From: Pseudomonas phage KPP25
Sequence record: AB910393.1
Direction: 5' to 3' (one strand)
Length of the DNA: 64,000 nt
Both the position numbers and the translations under genes were made by a program. Under the pieces are notes generated by a model. It made no database searches. It was not told where the DNA came from and saw only the letters and a program-made list of their open reading frames with translations. Numbering within the stretch: the first letter of the stretch is position 1; each line of letters starts with the position of its first letter. Shown here piece by piece: positions 10,055-19,843 of the stretch.

Positions 10055-10570
10055 TCACACGATGTTGGTCGGCACGTACGTGATGCCGGAGATAAGTTGG
10101 GCGGTCTGCCCGGTGGTGAGCGGTTTCGGGGATGCGAATCGTACTACCGACAGAAGCAGCCCGTTGTTACCGCCTTTGGTGCTCGACGACACGAGGAACG
10201 CACCGTACACGGTGCGGTCCTGCGTTACGGTGAACTGCGCGCGGTTGGCGATGTTGTCCATGGTGCCTACCCCGTCGTACGCTCGGTTCCACACGGGGCG
10301 AGTCGTTTCGGAATAGTTCGTGAACTCCTGCATGTTGGTCGGGATGTCGGCGGCAGTCGTCGAAGACGACGGGATGTAGTTGCCGGCGAACAGGCCGCAG
10401 TAGAACGTGCTGATCGGCGCGGTATCGCCGAACGGCGACCGGATGAGGAAGTCCACACCGACCTGCGGAATCAGGTTGTGGACGATCTCTTCATCCACGA
10501 CGGTGCCGTCCTTGTCACAGATCACGAGCCGGTGAATGAATCCGTCGAGGATCACTGCGCTACTGGTCAT
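10055..10570 (-). CDS. virion protein, 171 aa (hypothetical)
   Basis: Co-directional ORF. Confidence 0.55.
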   Translation of the reverse strand: MTSSAVILDGFIHRLVICDKDGTVVDEEIVHNLIPQVGVDFLIRSPFGDTAPISTFYCGLFAGNYIPSSSTTAADIPTNMQEFTNYSETTRPVWNRAYDGVGTMDNIANRAQFTVTQDRTVYGAFLVSSSTKGGNNGLLLSVVRFASPKPLTTGQTAQLISGITYVPTNIV

Positions 10571-11786
10571 TGTCGATTACCTCAAGCTGCCAGAAGTCTC
10601 CGGCTCCGAGTGAATTGGTGGTCGTTTGGCCTTTCAGGGTAGTGACGACCAACTGGTTACCGTTGTGCTCCAGCACGCCAGCAGCGCCATCAGTCGCAAT
10701 GTCGGGAGCATAGTTTACCCGGTTTGGTAGTTCAATGTTCCCACTGGCGTCGCCTATGGCTTGACCGTACCGGGTAAACCAAGCCGCGCGGCCATCGGGC
10801 AGCTTGACAGCGGTCCCGCGCACTGCGCCGAAGTTCGTCTTGCGCACCGAACTCGGCTCGTCCGTTTCGACATCGGTCAGCCAGTAGGTTTCCTCGTCGG
10901 TGGCAACGAACACGCCGGTGTCGACGCTGGCGAGCATGGTGATGTCGCGCGGTAGCTGGATGAATCGAGTGATGGGGTTGGTCAAGTGCGGCCACATCGG
11001 CTCGGTCATCACGATGATATTGTTGTAGGCTCCAACGATGACAGCGTGGTGCGACACAAGGAGCGAGCACGGCGGCATAGGGGTCATTTCGTCGGTAGTG
11101 AACCGTTGAGTGTTATCCACCGTGGACGTGATGATGAACGTGTTCAGACTGACCAGCCCCTGGGCGTACAACGTCGATCCGTTCACAGAGCTGCAATACA
11201 CCGTGCAGGACCGCGGGTCGTTGCACGAAATCTGGATCGCTTTACCACCCGGTACAGACACGACAACGGCGTCAGCACCGGACTCTTCACCCTGCTCGCC
11301 GTAAGCTGTCACAGCCACCTTGTACGTTCCGGTCGGCAAGTGGCCGTCGACGAGACTGATGGTGTATACCGGCGACGGCACTCCCCACTTCCGAACCGTG
11401 TTGCCGTCGAAACGAAGGCTTTCGGTGGGGGTAGACAGGTACAGCTGATTATTGTGTTCGCAGCCGGCCACTTCACCGTTGGGGTTAACCGACCCGACGA
11501 CATGCCCCTGGTTGGTCCTGGCGTCGAATACTTTGAGGTCGCCGCCATCGACGAACAGAATGGCCGTGCCGAGCGGGAACACGGCCCGGCCAGCAGCGCA
11601 GTCATTCACCTTGACGAAGCCGGTGCGCAGCTCGAATTTCCCGCCGTTGGTGGGGTCCATGTTCACCGCCTTGACGACGGAGTTCTCCGGCAACCGCTCC
11701 GGCTTGGCGATGTTGTTGGACCCGCTGGCCCAGTTGTCGCGCGTCTCGATGCTCATTGCGCCAGTACCTTCTTGGCCTTCTGCCAA
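10560..11786 (-). CDS. virion protein, ~398-408 aa (hypothetical)
   Basis: The ORF begins with TTG; an internal ATG (MSIETRD..., ~11756) overlapping the endolysin stop is the likelier start. Confidence 0.6.
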   Translation of the reverse strand: MAEGQEGTGAMSIETRDNWASGSNNIAKPERLPENSVVKAVNMDPTNGGKFELRTGFVKVNDCAAGRAVFPLGTAILFVDGGDLKVFDARTNQGHVVGSVNPNGEVAGCEHNNQLYLSTPTESLRFDGNTVRKWGVPSPVYTISLVDGHLPTGTYKVAVTAYGEQGEESGADAVVVSVPGGKAIQISCNDPRSCTVYCSSVNGSTLYAQGLVSLNTFIITSTVDNTQRFTTDEMTPMPPCSLLVSHHAVIVGAYNNIIVMTEPMWPHLTNPITRFIQLPRDITMLASVDTGVFVATDEETYWLTDVETDEPSSVRKTNFGAVRGTAVKLPDGRAAWFTRYGQAIGDASGNIELPNRVNYAPDIATDGAAGVLEHNGNQLVVTTLKGQTTTNSLGAGDFWQLEVIDNDQ

Positions 11787-12376
11787 CGGTTTTCCCTGTC
11801 CTCAGCTCCATTCATCCCGCCGTTGATCCGGCGGGTGATCTCGCTGAACCGACCCTGGTCCGCCAGGGTGTTGCAGCCCTTGTCTCGCCACGTAGCGGCT
11901 GCGGCTTCAAGGCCGCCGTCGTAGGTGGCCATCATGTCCGGGTCATCTACGAACGGGCGTCCGGTCATGACCTGTGCCCTGCGGTAGCCATCCTTGCCGG
12001 TGACCTGCAACGGGCCGCGGCCGCGATACCGCCATCCATCACCACTGAGCACGTCGCCATTGCCCATGCGGTTGGCGTACGTGTTGTTGGCGATGGCCTG
12101 CGGGTTGCGCGCGATTTGCGTAGCCAGGGCATTGGGACCGCCGCTGTGTGCTTTGTAGCGACTGGGCCACACAGCGGCTAAACGGGCAGCGCTGTAATTG
12201 AGATTTTCTTCGAAGCGGGTGAGGCCGGAGGATTCATGGCCGATTTGAGCAAGGTACGCCGCAGCACGCGCCGTTGACGTGATGTCGTAGCGGATCATGC
12301 TGCGTACCAGGGGTTCGAATACTTCGTCGGGAGCGTCGGGGAACAACGCCTCGAACTGCTGCTTACTGATGACCAT
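11753..12376 (-). CDS. endolysin, glycoside hydrolase family 19-like (lysozyme/chitinase fold)
   Basis: AAGGAGG Shine-Dalgarno 5 nt upstream of the ATG. GHESSG catalytic-region motif typical of GH19 phage endolysins. Lies immediately downstream of the spanin and holin genes. Confidence 0.8.
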   Translation of the reverse strand: MVISKQQFEALFPDAPDEVFEPLVRSMIRYDITSTARAAAYLAQIGHESSGLTRFEENLNYSAARLAAVWPSRYKAHSGGPNALATQIARNPQAIANNTYANRMGNGDVLSGDGWRYRGRGPLQVTGKDGYRRAQVMTGRPFVDDPDMMATYDGGLEAAAATWRDKGCNTLADQGRFSEITRRINGGMNGAEDRENRWQKAKKVLAQ

Positions 12377-12638
12377 CTAAGACCTCCTTCAGCCATTTCT
12401 GGAGTTCCACAAGACGGTCGCGGGAATCCTTGGCGATTAGGTTGTTGCTGGTCGCCGTTTGGAGAGCTTCCTTGTCATCTGCCGCCACCATCAGCTCGAA
12501 CTCGGCCGGCACTACCATCAGGCGCTGGTCGGGTTTCGGGAACGGGGCGCACTGCTGCGTCGAATCCAAGGGAGGCGTTGTAGACGCGCACCCAATCAGG
12601 AGGGAGAACGCACTTACCAGCAGCGGGGTTTTGGACAT
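12363..12638 (-). CDS. o-spanin (outer-membrane lipoprotein, Rz1-like), 91 aa
   Basis: MSKTPLLVSAFSLLIGC signal peptide with lipobox. Out of frame with, and overlapping, the i-spanin gene. Confidence 0.65.
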   Translation of the reverse strand: MSKTPLLVSAFSLLIGCASTTPPLDSTQQCAPFPKPDQRLMVVPAEFELMVAADDKEALQTATSNNLIAKDSRDRLVELQKWLKEVLDGHQ

Positions 12639-12912
12639 AGCGGACGACCTCTTTAACGACGGTTTGAGTCCGCACCTCGGTGTCTTTTTGTTGAACATCC
12701 ACACGGTCGGTGCTGGCCGCCGTGATTTTAGCGTCTTCGCGCACTTTTTGCACAGCTGCTGCCCGCTGCTGGTCAGCAGCTTCGCGGGCCTGGGCCAGCA
12801 TGGCGGCCTTCTCGACTTCGCAACGGTCCCCGCGGATCGTCCACCCGGCTGCGCCGCCGAGGCCGGCAGCAACCAGAAGGCTGAGCAGGATCAGGAATGG
12901 GGTTGGTTGCAT
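12475..12912 (-). CDS. i-spanin (Rz-like), 145 aa
   Basis: ATG at 12910-12912 with an AAGGTGAGG Shine-Dalgarno. N-terminal TMD (PFLILLSLLVAAGLGGAAGW) followed by a charged coiled-coil periplasmic region. Overlaps the o-spanin gene in a different frame. Confidence 0.65.
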   Translation of the reverse strand: MQPTPFLILLSLLVAAGLGGAAGWTIRGDRCEVEKAAMLAQAREAADQQRAAAVQKVREDAKITAASTDRVDVQQKDTEVRTQTVVKEVVRYVQNPAAGKCVLPPDWVRVYNASLGFDAAVRPVPETRPAPDGSAGRVRADGGGR

Positions 12913-13202
12913 ACCCTCACCTTGTTGCCGATGAAGGTGTTCACCAGGGACCACATGAACATCGCTACCAGCATGTTGAAGCCGATCAGGATCGAAAGCC
13001 CGTACCCGGACTGCACCAGCCGGGCAGGCTGCTCGGACCAAATCACGACCATGGCCAGGATCGCCAGAAGGCTCATGGCACCGATACCGGCCACGAGGGT
13101 CTTATCATCTTCTCGGCACTTTTCAGGGAGTCGGAAAAACTCGACTACACGGGCGAACGTGATGGCCCAAATGAGCGACGAAATGATGGTGATGGGGAGC
13201 AT
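12891..13202 (-). CDS. holin/antiholin-like membrane protein, 103 aa, ~3 TMD
   Basis: AGGAGG Shine-Dalgarno. Three hydrophobic helices. Sits inside the lysis cassette. Confidence 0.55.
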   Translation of the reverse strand: MLPITIISSLIWAITFARVVEFFRLPEKCREDDKTLVAGIGAMSLLAILAMVVIWSEQPARLVQSGYGLSILIGFNMLVAMFMWSLVNTFIGNKVRVCNQPHS

Positions 13203-13211
13203 CGGAGCCTC

Positions 13212-13511
13212 CTACGGGAAAACCCGTTTGAAGAATGCCAGCACCCGCTCTACGACGGTAGCTTCGAGCGCCGTCAGGATCGGGTAGGCAAAGAAACCGA
13301 GCAGCATCAGCAAGCTGTCTCGGTACTCGCTGGGAGGTACGAATCCGCCGAGCGCCTTCGCGGCGAACATGGCGATGAACACGTTCCCCAGGAACAAAGA
13401 GACAACGAACTTCTTGCCTCGGTTCAGGAACACATGGCTAGCCGCGCCGCCGAACCCACCAAGAGCCATGGCATATAGCCAATCGCTGATGTCCGACCAG
13501 AACCTTTCCAT
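13212..13511 (-). CDS. holin-like membrane protein, 99 aa, ~3 TMD
   Basis: Hydrophobic helices and a charged C-terminus. First gene of the lysis cassette. Confidence 0.6.
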   Translation of the reverse strand: MERFWSDISDWLYAMALGGFGGAASHVFLNRGKKFVVSLFLGNVFIAMFAAKALGGFVPPSEYRDSLLMLLGFFAYPILTALEATVVERVLAFFKRVFP

Positions 13512-13519
13512 GTCTACCC

Positions 13520-14179
13520 CTAATACTCGTTGTAGCGAATCGGCTGGAACGAGCGGTGGCTTATGGCCTGCGACTCTTTGATGTCGCCGAGTTCCATGCC
13601 GAACAGCCGAAGTTGCTCATTCGATTCCGACTTGTCGAACACCTCAGCGTCCTGTACGAGCAGGCCGAGGTACTTCATGTAGAACAGCACGGCGCGGTCG
13701 TACCGAGAATTGATCTCCAGCTTGTCGTTGATCGTCAGGCCGCATACCGGGCGACGGTACGCAGCGATAGTGAGCTGGAGCGCGGTGTTGGGCTTGGGGC
13801 GGTAGAGCGCCAGTTCGACATCGCCTTGCTGGTCGAACTGCACCGTCAACGTACGGTTGCTGCCGTGGCAGTTCCAAGCATCTTGCACGCCGAATGCCGG
13901 GAGCTGGTCTTCGACGCAGTTGATCTCGACCTCACCGCGCTGGGATTCGATCCAGGCGCGGCGAGGGCGGATGATCGCCTCGTCCATAATGACGATGCCG
14001 GTCCCAGGTTCCACCTCAAGGGTGAACTGGCCGACCAGACAGAGGGTTTTCTCGGCGATCTTCAGCTGAGCTTCCCGGATGTAGCTGACCAGCAGATCGT
14101 TCGACCAGAAGTAAGGCTGGACCTTATCCCGCATTTCTTCCCGGAACGTCGTGACAAGATCAGCTACACGGGTGCCCAT
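13520..14179 (-). CDS. head-associated protein, 219 aa (hypothetical)
   Basis: GGAG Shine-Dalgarno. Downstream of the major capsid protein. Confidence 0.6.
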   Translation of the reverse strand: MGTRVADLVTTFREEMRDKVQPYFWSNDLLVSYIREAQLKIAEKTLCLVGQFTLEVEPGTGIVIMDEAIIRPRRAWIESQRGEVEINCVEDQLPAFGVQDAWNCHGSNRTLTVQFDQQGDVELALYRPKPNTALQLTIAAYRRPVCGLTINDKLEINSRYDRAVLFYMKYLGLLVQDAEVFDKSESNEQLRLFGMELGDIKESQAISHRSFQPIRYNEY

Positions 14180-14183
14180 GGCC

Positions 14184-14633
14184 TTACTCCGGCTTGTCGG
14201 TCTGGTACAGCTTCCAGGCGGAGTCGCGTTCAGCGGCTTTCACTTCAAAGCCGGTGATGGAAGCGATTGCTTCGGTCTTCGGCTTACCGCCGGAGGCGAA
14301 GTCAGCAGAGTCGCCGCGATCCACCAGAGTCTTGATGGCGGCCAGGATCTGATCGACGCGTTCAGCCGCGTTGTTGTCGATCTGCTGGTCGACGGTGGTA
14401 GCGGTGCCCGGCTCGCCGGTGAGCTTCAGGGAAGCGCGCAACTTCTCGTCGGTGATGCTGTTCACATCGACACAACCAGCTTCGCGTACAGCCTTCAGCA
14501 CGAGGTTGTGGTTCGGGATGGAACGCGGTACGCCGGCCTCGAACCGAAACGCGTGCCCAGTGATGGTGGCCACGACCTGATCGGTCAGGGAGACGTATTG
14601 GACGGTGTTCTGGACGGGGGTTTTGCCAGCCAT
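14184..14633 (-). CDS. head-associated protein, 149 aa (hypothetical)
   Basis: AGGAG Shine-Dalgarno 9 nt upstream. Confidence 0.6.
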   Translation of the reverse strand: MAGKTPVQNTVQYVSLTDQVVATITGHAFRFEAGVPRSIPNHNLVLKAVREAGCVDVNSITDEKLRASLKLTGEPGTATTVDQQIDNNAAERVDQILAAIKTLVDRGDSADFASGGKPKTEAIASITGFEVKAAERDSAWKLYQTDKPE

Positions 14634-14710
14634 AGTGATGTGCTCCTACGCTGTTCGTTGGGGGATGAAAACAGGGGAGTCTTTCGACTCCCCAAGCCCC
14701 GTGAAGTGTA

Positions 14711-15142
14711 TCAGTTGTACGCCGGGGAGCCGTAAGTCTCGTTGCCGCGACCTTCGACGATGTAGGCCAGCAGGAACTTGAACTTACCGGCGGTGCCACC
14801 AGTGGAAGCGGTAGCAGTGAAGGTGATCACTGCGCCGTTCGGGTAGGTCAGCTTGGCCGGAGCCAGGACTTTCGCGCCGGTGGTTTTCAGATCCAGATCG
14901 GCGGCGATGCCGTCCGGGTCGGCTGCCAGCCCCGGCTCGATGACGCCGATGTCCAGGGTTGCAGCACCGGCAGCGTTCGATGCGGTGGTGACCAGCAGCT
15001 TGCTGATCTCCGGGACGAGGATCGCGCCGTTTTGCAGTTCGAGGGTCAGGGTAGCGGCCTGACCGTCGACCAGATCGCTGAAATCGAGGGTCTGCTCGAT
15101 GAACAGCGGGTACTGGCGTGCGGTGTTTTCCAGAGTTGCCAT
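14711..15142 (-). CDS. head-associated/decoration-like protein, 143 aa (hypothetical)
   Basis: GGAGGA Shine-Dalgarno 8 nt upstream. Immediately downstream of the major capsid protein. Confidence 0.6.
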
Positions 15143-15178
15143 TTTCCTATCCTCCAGAGGACTGGGGAACGTGGCCGC

Positions 15179-16309
15179 TTAGGCGGCCACGTACACGTTG
15201 ATGACACCGAAGTCCTCGGTGTTACCGTCCTCGTAGATCGACGGGAACTGAGGCTTCAGGAAGCCGAGGATCTTCGCCACGGAGATACCGTGCTTGTTGT
15301 CGTAGTCGAATTCCTTCTCGACCCAGCGCGGGTTGCCGATATCGGCGAAGCCCAGCGCCTGCGCGCCGCAGAAGAGCATCGAGCAGCCGTCAACGTTGCC
15401 GGAGGCACCCCACTTGGCACCCGGAGCCATGCCGCGGGTGTTATACACGTGGCGGAACTCGTGAATCACCAGACCATCCACGGTCACGATGCCGCCCTTG
15501 AACAGCGGGTTCACGTTGCCGCGGGTGTAACCGCTACGCAGGTTGGCGATGTAGTCCGGGTCCAGCTTCAGCTTGGCCATGGCCAGCGGGTCGAGGAACA
15601 CGTGGTACATTTCCTCGCCGCCGTCGCCGCGCAGACCACGGATGTACTTGGTCTTCGCGTACGCCTTGAGGTTGACCAGCAGAGCGTAGCTCGGGGTATC
15701 GGCGGCGGTAACGTCGGAGGTGGCGGCGTTCGGAACCAGCACCTTGTTGGTGCCATCCCAGCGCAGACGACGGTTGGCCGAAGGCGGAGTAACGTCGGCG
15801 GCGAAGGTGAGGTTCGGGAACGGCGAGCTACCACGCAGCGCACCGTTGGTGCGATAGGCATAGCTCACGCCGGCCAGCGACAGGAACGCTAGTTGGTCCA
15901 TACGGTCGGCCAGCCAGTACGCCAGCATGTCGCGGCTGGTGGTACGGAAGTTGACGATGGAACGCTGGTCGGCCATGCGGCCTTCGTGGACGTTGGCGGC
16001 GCGCATCTGGTCCAGCTGGATGACGGTATCGAAGGCGGTCAGCGCCTCTTCGTTACCTTCCAGTTGGTTGTCGCCGACCACACCGTCGCCAACCATGTCA
16101 GCGATCAGGGTGATTACGGCGCGTGCGCCTTTCTCGTCACGACGCAGTTCGGTGATCTGCTGGATCATCGAGTTGGCATCGGTGCCGAGGAACATGTTGA
16201 TGAACGCGGCGTTACGCGCTTGCCGCCAGAACTGAAGGGACCATACGGTCTTCTGTTCGTTGGTCAGGCGCGCAAAGTTGGTGTAGTTACCTTGGACGGG
16301 CAACGGCAT
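15179..16309 (-). CDS. major capsid protein, 376 aa
   Basis: Size, position after the portal and scaffold genes, and AGGA Shine-Dalgarno. The dedicated terminator upstream is consistent with a highly expressed gene. Confidence 0.7.
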   Translation of the reverse strand: MPLPVQGNYTNFARLTNEQKTVWSLQFWRQARNAAFINMFLGTDANSMIQQITELRRDEKGARAVITLIADMVGDGVVGDNQLEGNEEALTAFDTVIQLDQMRAANVHEGRMADQRSIVNFRTTSRDMLAYWLADRMDQLAFLSLAGVSYAYRTNGALRGSSPFPNLTFAADVTPPSANRRLRWDGTNKVLVPNAATSDVTAADTPSYALLVNLKAYAKTKYIRGLRGDGGEEMYHVFLDPLAMAKLKLDPDYIANLRSGYTRGNVNPLFKGGIVTVDGLVIHEFRHVYNTRGMAPGAKWGASGNVDGCSMLFCGAQALGFADIGNPRWVEKEFDYDNKHGISVAKILGFLKPQFPSIYEDGNTEDFGVINVYVAA

Positions 16310-16443
16310 GGCTGCATCCTCTTCTGCGGCATAGTGGAAAGTGGTTCAGTTCTGAGGTGTAAGCTGCGCGCTTACCGGCGGACTTGCGGGGAGGTGTTGC
16401 GTGGTCGCTGCGCGGACCTGGCGAATGCGCAAACTATAGGCAC

Positions 16444-16470
16444 AAAAAAGCCCGGTTGCAACAACCGGGC
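16444..16470 (-). terminator. rho-independent terminator after the scaffold gene (hairpin GCCCGGTTG/CAACCGGGC plus T6)
   Basis: 9-bp GC stem with a 3-nt loop followed by TTTTTT on the minus strand. The plus strand also reads T-rich, so it may be bidirectional. Confidence 0.6.
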
Positions 16471-16490
16471 TTTGTGTTCCACGTGGAACA

Positions 16491-17651
16491 TCACTCCGCG
16501 TAATCGAAGTCGCCGCGTGCTTTTGCCTGCTCAGCTTCGGACATCGACTCGATATCTTTCAGCGTTTGCGGAGTACGCACGAGCGCGGAAGCCGCGGCAG
16601 GCGGTGCAACAGCCGGCGACTTCGGCTGGTTCGACACGGCGGCGGTTGCGCGGGATACGGCTTCTTTCCGACGTTCCTGGCGCGCGCGATCCTGCGGCGT
16701 TTGCTGACCCAGCGGTTTCACCGCAGCGGCTTGTTCCACGCCCAGGACGTACTCGACGGCACGGGTCATGGCGATGACCTTGCCGTACTTCGGCGACAGG
16801 GACTGGAACAGCTCGTTGATCTCGTCGACGGTGCCCTGGTCGAACGCATCAGCGTTGTTGTCGTCCAGCACGGCGTGCGTAGACCGCAGATTGGTCAGCA
16901 GCTCTTCGAACTTCAGGTTCTCCAGCTGTTCGCGGGCGCGCTCGTCAGCGATGCTCTCGGCGCGTTTGGTAGCCATGGCTTCCTGAATCGCGCGCATGTC
17001 CTTGCGGATCTGCGGCAGCAGATCGAAGTCGTTGGCCTTCATCGCTTCGATCTCGCGCGACTCCAGCTTGTCGTAGCTGGCCTGGAGATCGACCAGTTCA
17101 GAGGTCAGCGCACGGGAACGGTTCTGCTGCTCCAGCAGGTGCTCGGCAGCCCGGCGGCGCTCAGCCTCCTTCTGCATGCGGGAGCGCGGAACCATGTTCG
17201 GGATCGGTCGGCCCTTGTCGTCGAGCTTCTGTTCCGGCTCCGGCTCCGGTTCCGGTTCCTGCTCCGTCCCGGACTTGTCCTCGGTCTTGCCCTCGGGCTT
17301 GTCTTCGGACTTGTCTTTGCCTTTCGGCTCGTCTTTGGCTTCCGGTTCGTCTTTGGCTTTAGCCTCGGCCGAGTTCGGGTCCGCGGGATTGTCGCCGCGA
17401 TCCTCCGGGAACTCTTCTTCTACGGTCTTCCGTGCGAAGCGCCCTTGCTCGTCGCGCACCGGAGCGTCTGCTTTCGGCGCAGGGCTGTCGTCGAACAGGG
17501 CGGCGTCGCCGCGGTCCCCACCCTCGTTGTGCGCGCCCGGAGTGGCGTCGCCGGCAGGGATGGAATCGATGTCGATGTCAGCCTCGGCACCGAAGGCGGC
17601 GGCGCCCTCGTCGATCGGGGCGGACAGTACGTGTCGAAGGAAATTACGCAT
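16491..17651 (-). CDS. scaffolding protein (acidic, coiled-coil), ~386 aa
   Basis: Lies between portal and major capsid protein. D/E/K-rich low-complexity N-terminus and coiled-coil C-terminus. GGAGAA Shine-Dalgarno before the ATG at 17651. Confidence 0.6.
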   Translation of the reverse strand: MRNFLRHVLSAPIDEGAAAFGAEADIDIDSIPAGDATPGAHNEGGDRGDAALFDDSPAPKADAPVRDEQGRFARKTVEEEFPEDRGDNPADPNSAEAKAKDEPEAKDEPKGKDKSEDKPEGKTEDKSGTEQEPEPEPEPEQKLDDKGRPIPNMVPRSRMQKEAERRRAAEHLLEQQNRSRALTSELVDLQASYDKLESREIEAMKANDFDLLPQIRKDMRAIQEAMATKRAESIADERAREQLENLKFEELLTNLRSTHAVLDDNNADAFDQGTVDEINELFQSLSPKYGKVIAMTRAVEYVLGVEQAAAVKPLGQQTPQDRARQERRKEAVSRATAAVSNQPKSPAVAPPAAASALVRTPQTLKDIESMSEAEQAKARGDFDYAE

Positions 17652-19830
17652 CAGTGGATTCTCCATTCTTCGCGGGGGTAGGTTTCGGCTCTTGGGCGGC
17701 CTTCTCTGCTTCGATCCTCATTTTAAGCCGTTCCGTAACCGCGTCCAGTCGCAGTTTCTCCCGGTCGAGTGCCAGCTCGGCAGTTTTGATCTTGAGATCG
17801 TTGTCTACCTTGGTCTGTTCGAGCGCCAACCGCGCGGCTTCGATGTCCACACGCTGCTGCTCGATGTTGGCACGCTGCTGCTCGGTATCGGTGCCGGCCT
17901 TGAGCGCATCCGTCTCGGCCTGGACGTTCTTGACGTTGGCCTGGGCGGACTTGTTCGCGGCGTCGGACTGCGCGCGCTGCGCCTCGGCGGTGACTTTTGC
18001 CAGATTCGCCTGGGCAGTAGCCAGTTGCAGCTGGCGCAGCTGCTGCGCCTCCAGCGAATTCGCCTCGCTCTGCATCTGCTCGATGATGTCGGCTTTGTCC
18101 AACAGGCGGCTGTTCTGGATAAGCACGGTGTCGGGGATATTGATCCCTTCCTTGCGCATCGCCAGCGCCTGATCGAACTGGCTGTCCTCCAGGGTTTCCC
18201 GCGCAGGCACGGACTGTACGGTGACGAGGTATTCACCCAGGGTCAGGTCGTTGGCGATCTCACCTTCCGGGGTCACCTCGTTGATGGTGAACGACTCGTC
18301 TTTGTTCACGCCGCCGCCGTTGATGTACAGCAGTCGCTCTTCGTAGTAGTAGGTCTGCACGATGCTCAAGATCGCACGGGCCAGGAACACGTCACTACGG
18401 TCGAGGTTGTCGAGGATACGAGCCATGCCGGCGCGCCCAGCCATGCGGTTGGTTTCCAGGGCGCGGGCCGACACGTCCTCGCGTGCCTCACCACGCATGT
18501 AGTCGGTCACGCCGGAGATCGCCTTGATCCATGCCTGGGCCTTCTGGTTCATGCCTTCCAAGCCAGCCGGGAGCTGGTTCGGCTGGATCTTGTCGATGTC
18601 GTTCACGTCCTCGACTTCGAGCACCAGACCTGTCTCGGCACCGCGTGCCTGGAGGTCGTCGACGGTCATGTTCTTGAGCGACCCGTGCTTCACCTTCCAG
18701 CCGCTATTGGCCGTGGTGTTGAGGATGTGCAGCTCCTGGCTGGCGGTTTTGTTCAGCAACTCTTGCACGCCGAACAGCTGCTCCACGATGCCAGTGGTGT
18801 GCCCGAAGCGGAAATGCGGGAAGTACGGAACAACCGTCAGGTACTCGTAGGGACTCCACCCGTCGTGTAGCAAGGTAGAGCCAGCCACCACGGTCCAACG
18901 GATTCGCTTGGCGATCTGCGAAATCTGCACGATGGACGGGTTCCGCATCAGGTACTCAGCGGTCTTCAACTCGTCCCAGCTGTCCGGCACAGGGCGCAGC
19001 TCCCCGGTGCGCGTATCGACGAACAGCTCCCGGCGGGTCAGTACGCGGTACTGCCGGTCAACCACGCGGATGTAAGCATCCTGGCGCTGGGTGCCCTCTT
19101 CGGTCTTGTTGATGTACTCCGGCAACGCGATCCGGTCCCGGTACTGGTCCGGGATGTCATTGGTCTGCGCAGAACGGTACTGGTTGGCCAGCGCGCGCAG
19201 CTCCTGGGTCTTCTTTTTCCCGTACAGAGCTTCGAGGCTGTTCGGGGACATCCAGCGGGAGACGATCACGTCTTCCCAGGTCGCGGGGTCGTAGTCAGTC
19301 GCGTCGGGGTCAATCAACACCTCTTTCGGGTTCAGGGTCGTGACGGCCACCTCCCCGTAGAGGTTCTCCGTGAAGTCCAGGCGCACGTCGTAGAACCCGC
19401 GTCCGGTGATGTTCCCGTCCTCGAACACGTCCGTACGCTTCCACGTCAGGTGGTTCCCCTGGCTGATGTGCTTGAACGTCTTGTTCAGGGCGGTGGCGGT
19501 TCGGTCGTCGACGTTCCCATACCGCGGGCTGAAGCGGATCTCGTTCCGCCCGCCGATCTGCTCCCCGACCATCACGTCCATGGTCTGGAGCACCAAGTTG
19601 ATCGTCAGGGCCGGGCGGCGCTGTGCCCGCAGGCGGGTGATATCGTCCTCTTTCCACTGGTCACCCCACCAGAAGTTTTGGCACTTCTCGGCGGTGAGAA
19701 TGAACTTGTCGTGGCCGCTGTCGCGCATGTAGTCGTATCGGCACCACGTCGCGTTGACCAGTAAGGACTCGTCGTTCTTCGACAACGTGCCCGGTAGCGG
19801 CAGGTCAAAGGTGTATGCGGAGTTGATCAT
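17644..19830 (-). CDS. portal protein, 728 aa
   Basis: Size, position directly after terL, and a C-terminal Q/A/E coiled-coil tail. Confidence 0.75.
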   Translation of the reverse strand: MINSAYTFDLPLPGTLSKNDESLLVNATWCRYDYMRDSGHDKFILTAEKCQNFWWGDQWKEDDITRLRAQRRPALTINLVLQTMDVMVGEQIGGRNEIRFSPRYGNVDDRTATALNKTFKHISQGNHLTWKRTDVFEDGNITGRGFYDVRLDFTENLYGEVAVTTLNPKEVLIDPDATDYDPATWEDVIVSRWMSPNSLEALYGKKKTQELRALANQYRSAQTNDIPDQYRDRIALPEYINKTEEGTQRQDAYIRVVDRQYRVLTRRELFVDTRTGELRPVPDSWDELKTAEYLMRNPSIVQISQIAKRIRWTVVAGSTLLHDGWSPYEYLTVVPYFPHFRFGHTTGIVEQLFGVQELLNKTASQELHILNTTANSGWKVKHGSLKNMTVDDLQARGAETGLVLEVEDVNDIDKIQPNQLPAGLEGMNQKAQAWIKAISGVTDYMRGEAREDVSARALETNRMAGRAGMARILDNLDRSDVFLARAILSIVQTYYYEERLLYINGGGVNKDESFTINEVTPEGEIANDLTLGEYLVTVQSVPARETLEDSQFDQALAMRKEGINIPDTVLIQNSRLLDKADIIEQMQSEANSLEAQQLRQLQLATAQANLAKVTAEAQRAQSDAANKSAQANVKNVQAETDALKAGTDTEQQRANIEQQRVDIEAARLALEQTKVDNDLKIKTAELALDREKLRLDAVTERLKMRIEAEKAAQEPKPTPAKNGESTDA

Positions 19831-19843
19831 CGGGCGTTCCCCA

